Source: a virus
Taxonomy: Duplodnaviria; Heunggongvirae; Uroviricota; Caudoviricetes
Reading direction: 5' to 3' (one strand)
IMG/VR virus record: IMGVR_UViG_2706794687_000012
Length of the DNA stretch: 7,825 nt
Shown one piece after another: positions 7,570 through 7,825 of this stretch. A model generated the notes under the pieces. That model had not been told where the DNA came from. It saw only the letters and a list, made by a program, of their open reading frames with translations, and searched no databases. How positions within the stretch are numbered: position 1 is the first letter of the stretch; each line of letters begins with the position of its first letter. The translations under genes were made by a program, and so were the position numbers.

Positions 7570-7700
7570 GAACTCAGAAGCCTGAGCGATTACGCGAGTA
7601 TTAACAGCAAAAGGAAAAGCCTTGATTGAATAAGAGGCCGTGAAAATCTGTCAATACCCTGACGCCTCCCAACGTTGTAACCTCTTAATGTTCTGAGTTC
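7570..7700. repeat. 10-bp perfect inverted repeat GAACTCAGAA (7570-7579) / TTCTGAGTTC (7691-7700) flanking 111 bp in the region upstream of the winged-HTH gene
   Basis: Read directly from sequence; a 10-bp inverted repeat within 300 bp is uncommon by chance. Confidence 0.4.
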
Positions 7701-7825
7701 TTTTATCACCCCATATAAAAACTATAACAGATGTGATTATAAATTGCAACAATTATTTCACAGAATAATTACTGATTGGTCATTTATTGTTCACAGGGAT
7801 ACTTCTTAATATCTGAATCACCTAT

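Noticed and set aside
7610-7654. Promoter for the winged-HTH gene (minus strand TTGACA, 18 nt, TTCAAT)
   Set aside because: The -10 candidate lacks the conserved A at position 2; too weak to list as a feature.
7703-7711. DnaA box at ttatcaccc
   Set aside because: Does not match the TTATCCACA consensus at the critical 3' positions.

Overview
AT-rich (about 40% GC by eye) 7.8-kb window that reads as phage-derived DNA. Nearly all coding is on the minus strand. It holds a tail module: a 726-aa tail tape measure protein and a downstream tail gene split by a +1 frame change. Upstream lies a compact run of small, translationally coupled hypothetical genes and a gene for a winged-HTH protein that could be a replication initiator. 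Three blocks are masked as N (4253-4562, 5094-5351, 6912-7163), so their content is unknown and every ORF the track draws through them is unreliable. Beyond the genes I see a tandem array of about 23-bp GATC-containing repeats at the left edge, three exact Chi octamers, overlapping divergent promoters with an opposite-strand small membrane-protein ORF, and several inverted repeats. No rRNA, tRNA, CRISPR array, integrase or transposase is visible. Functional calls rest on sequence patterns I recognise, not on database searches, and most small genes are of unknown function; the accessory cluster between the two modules is the best place to look for an undescribed system.
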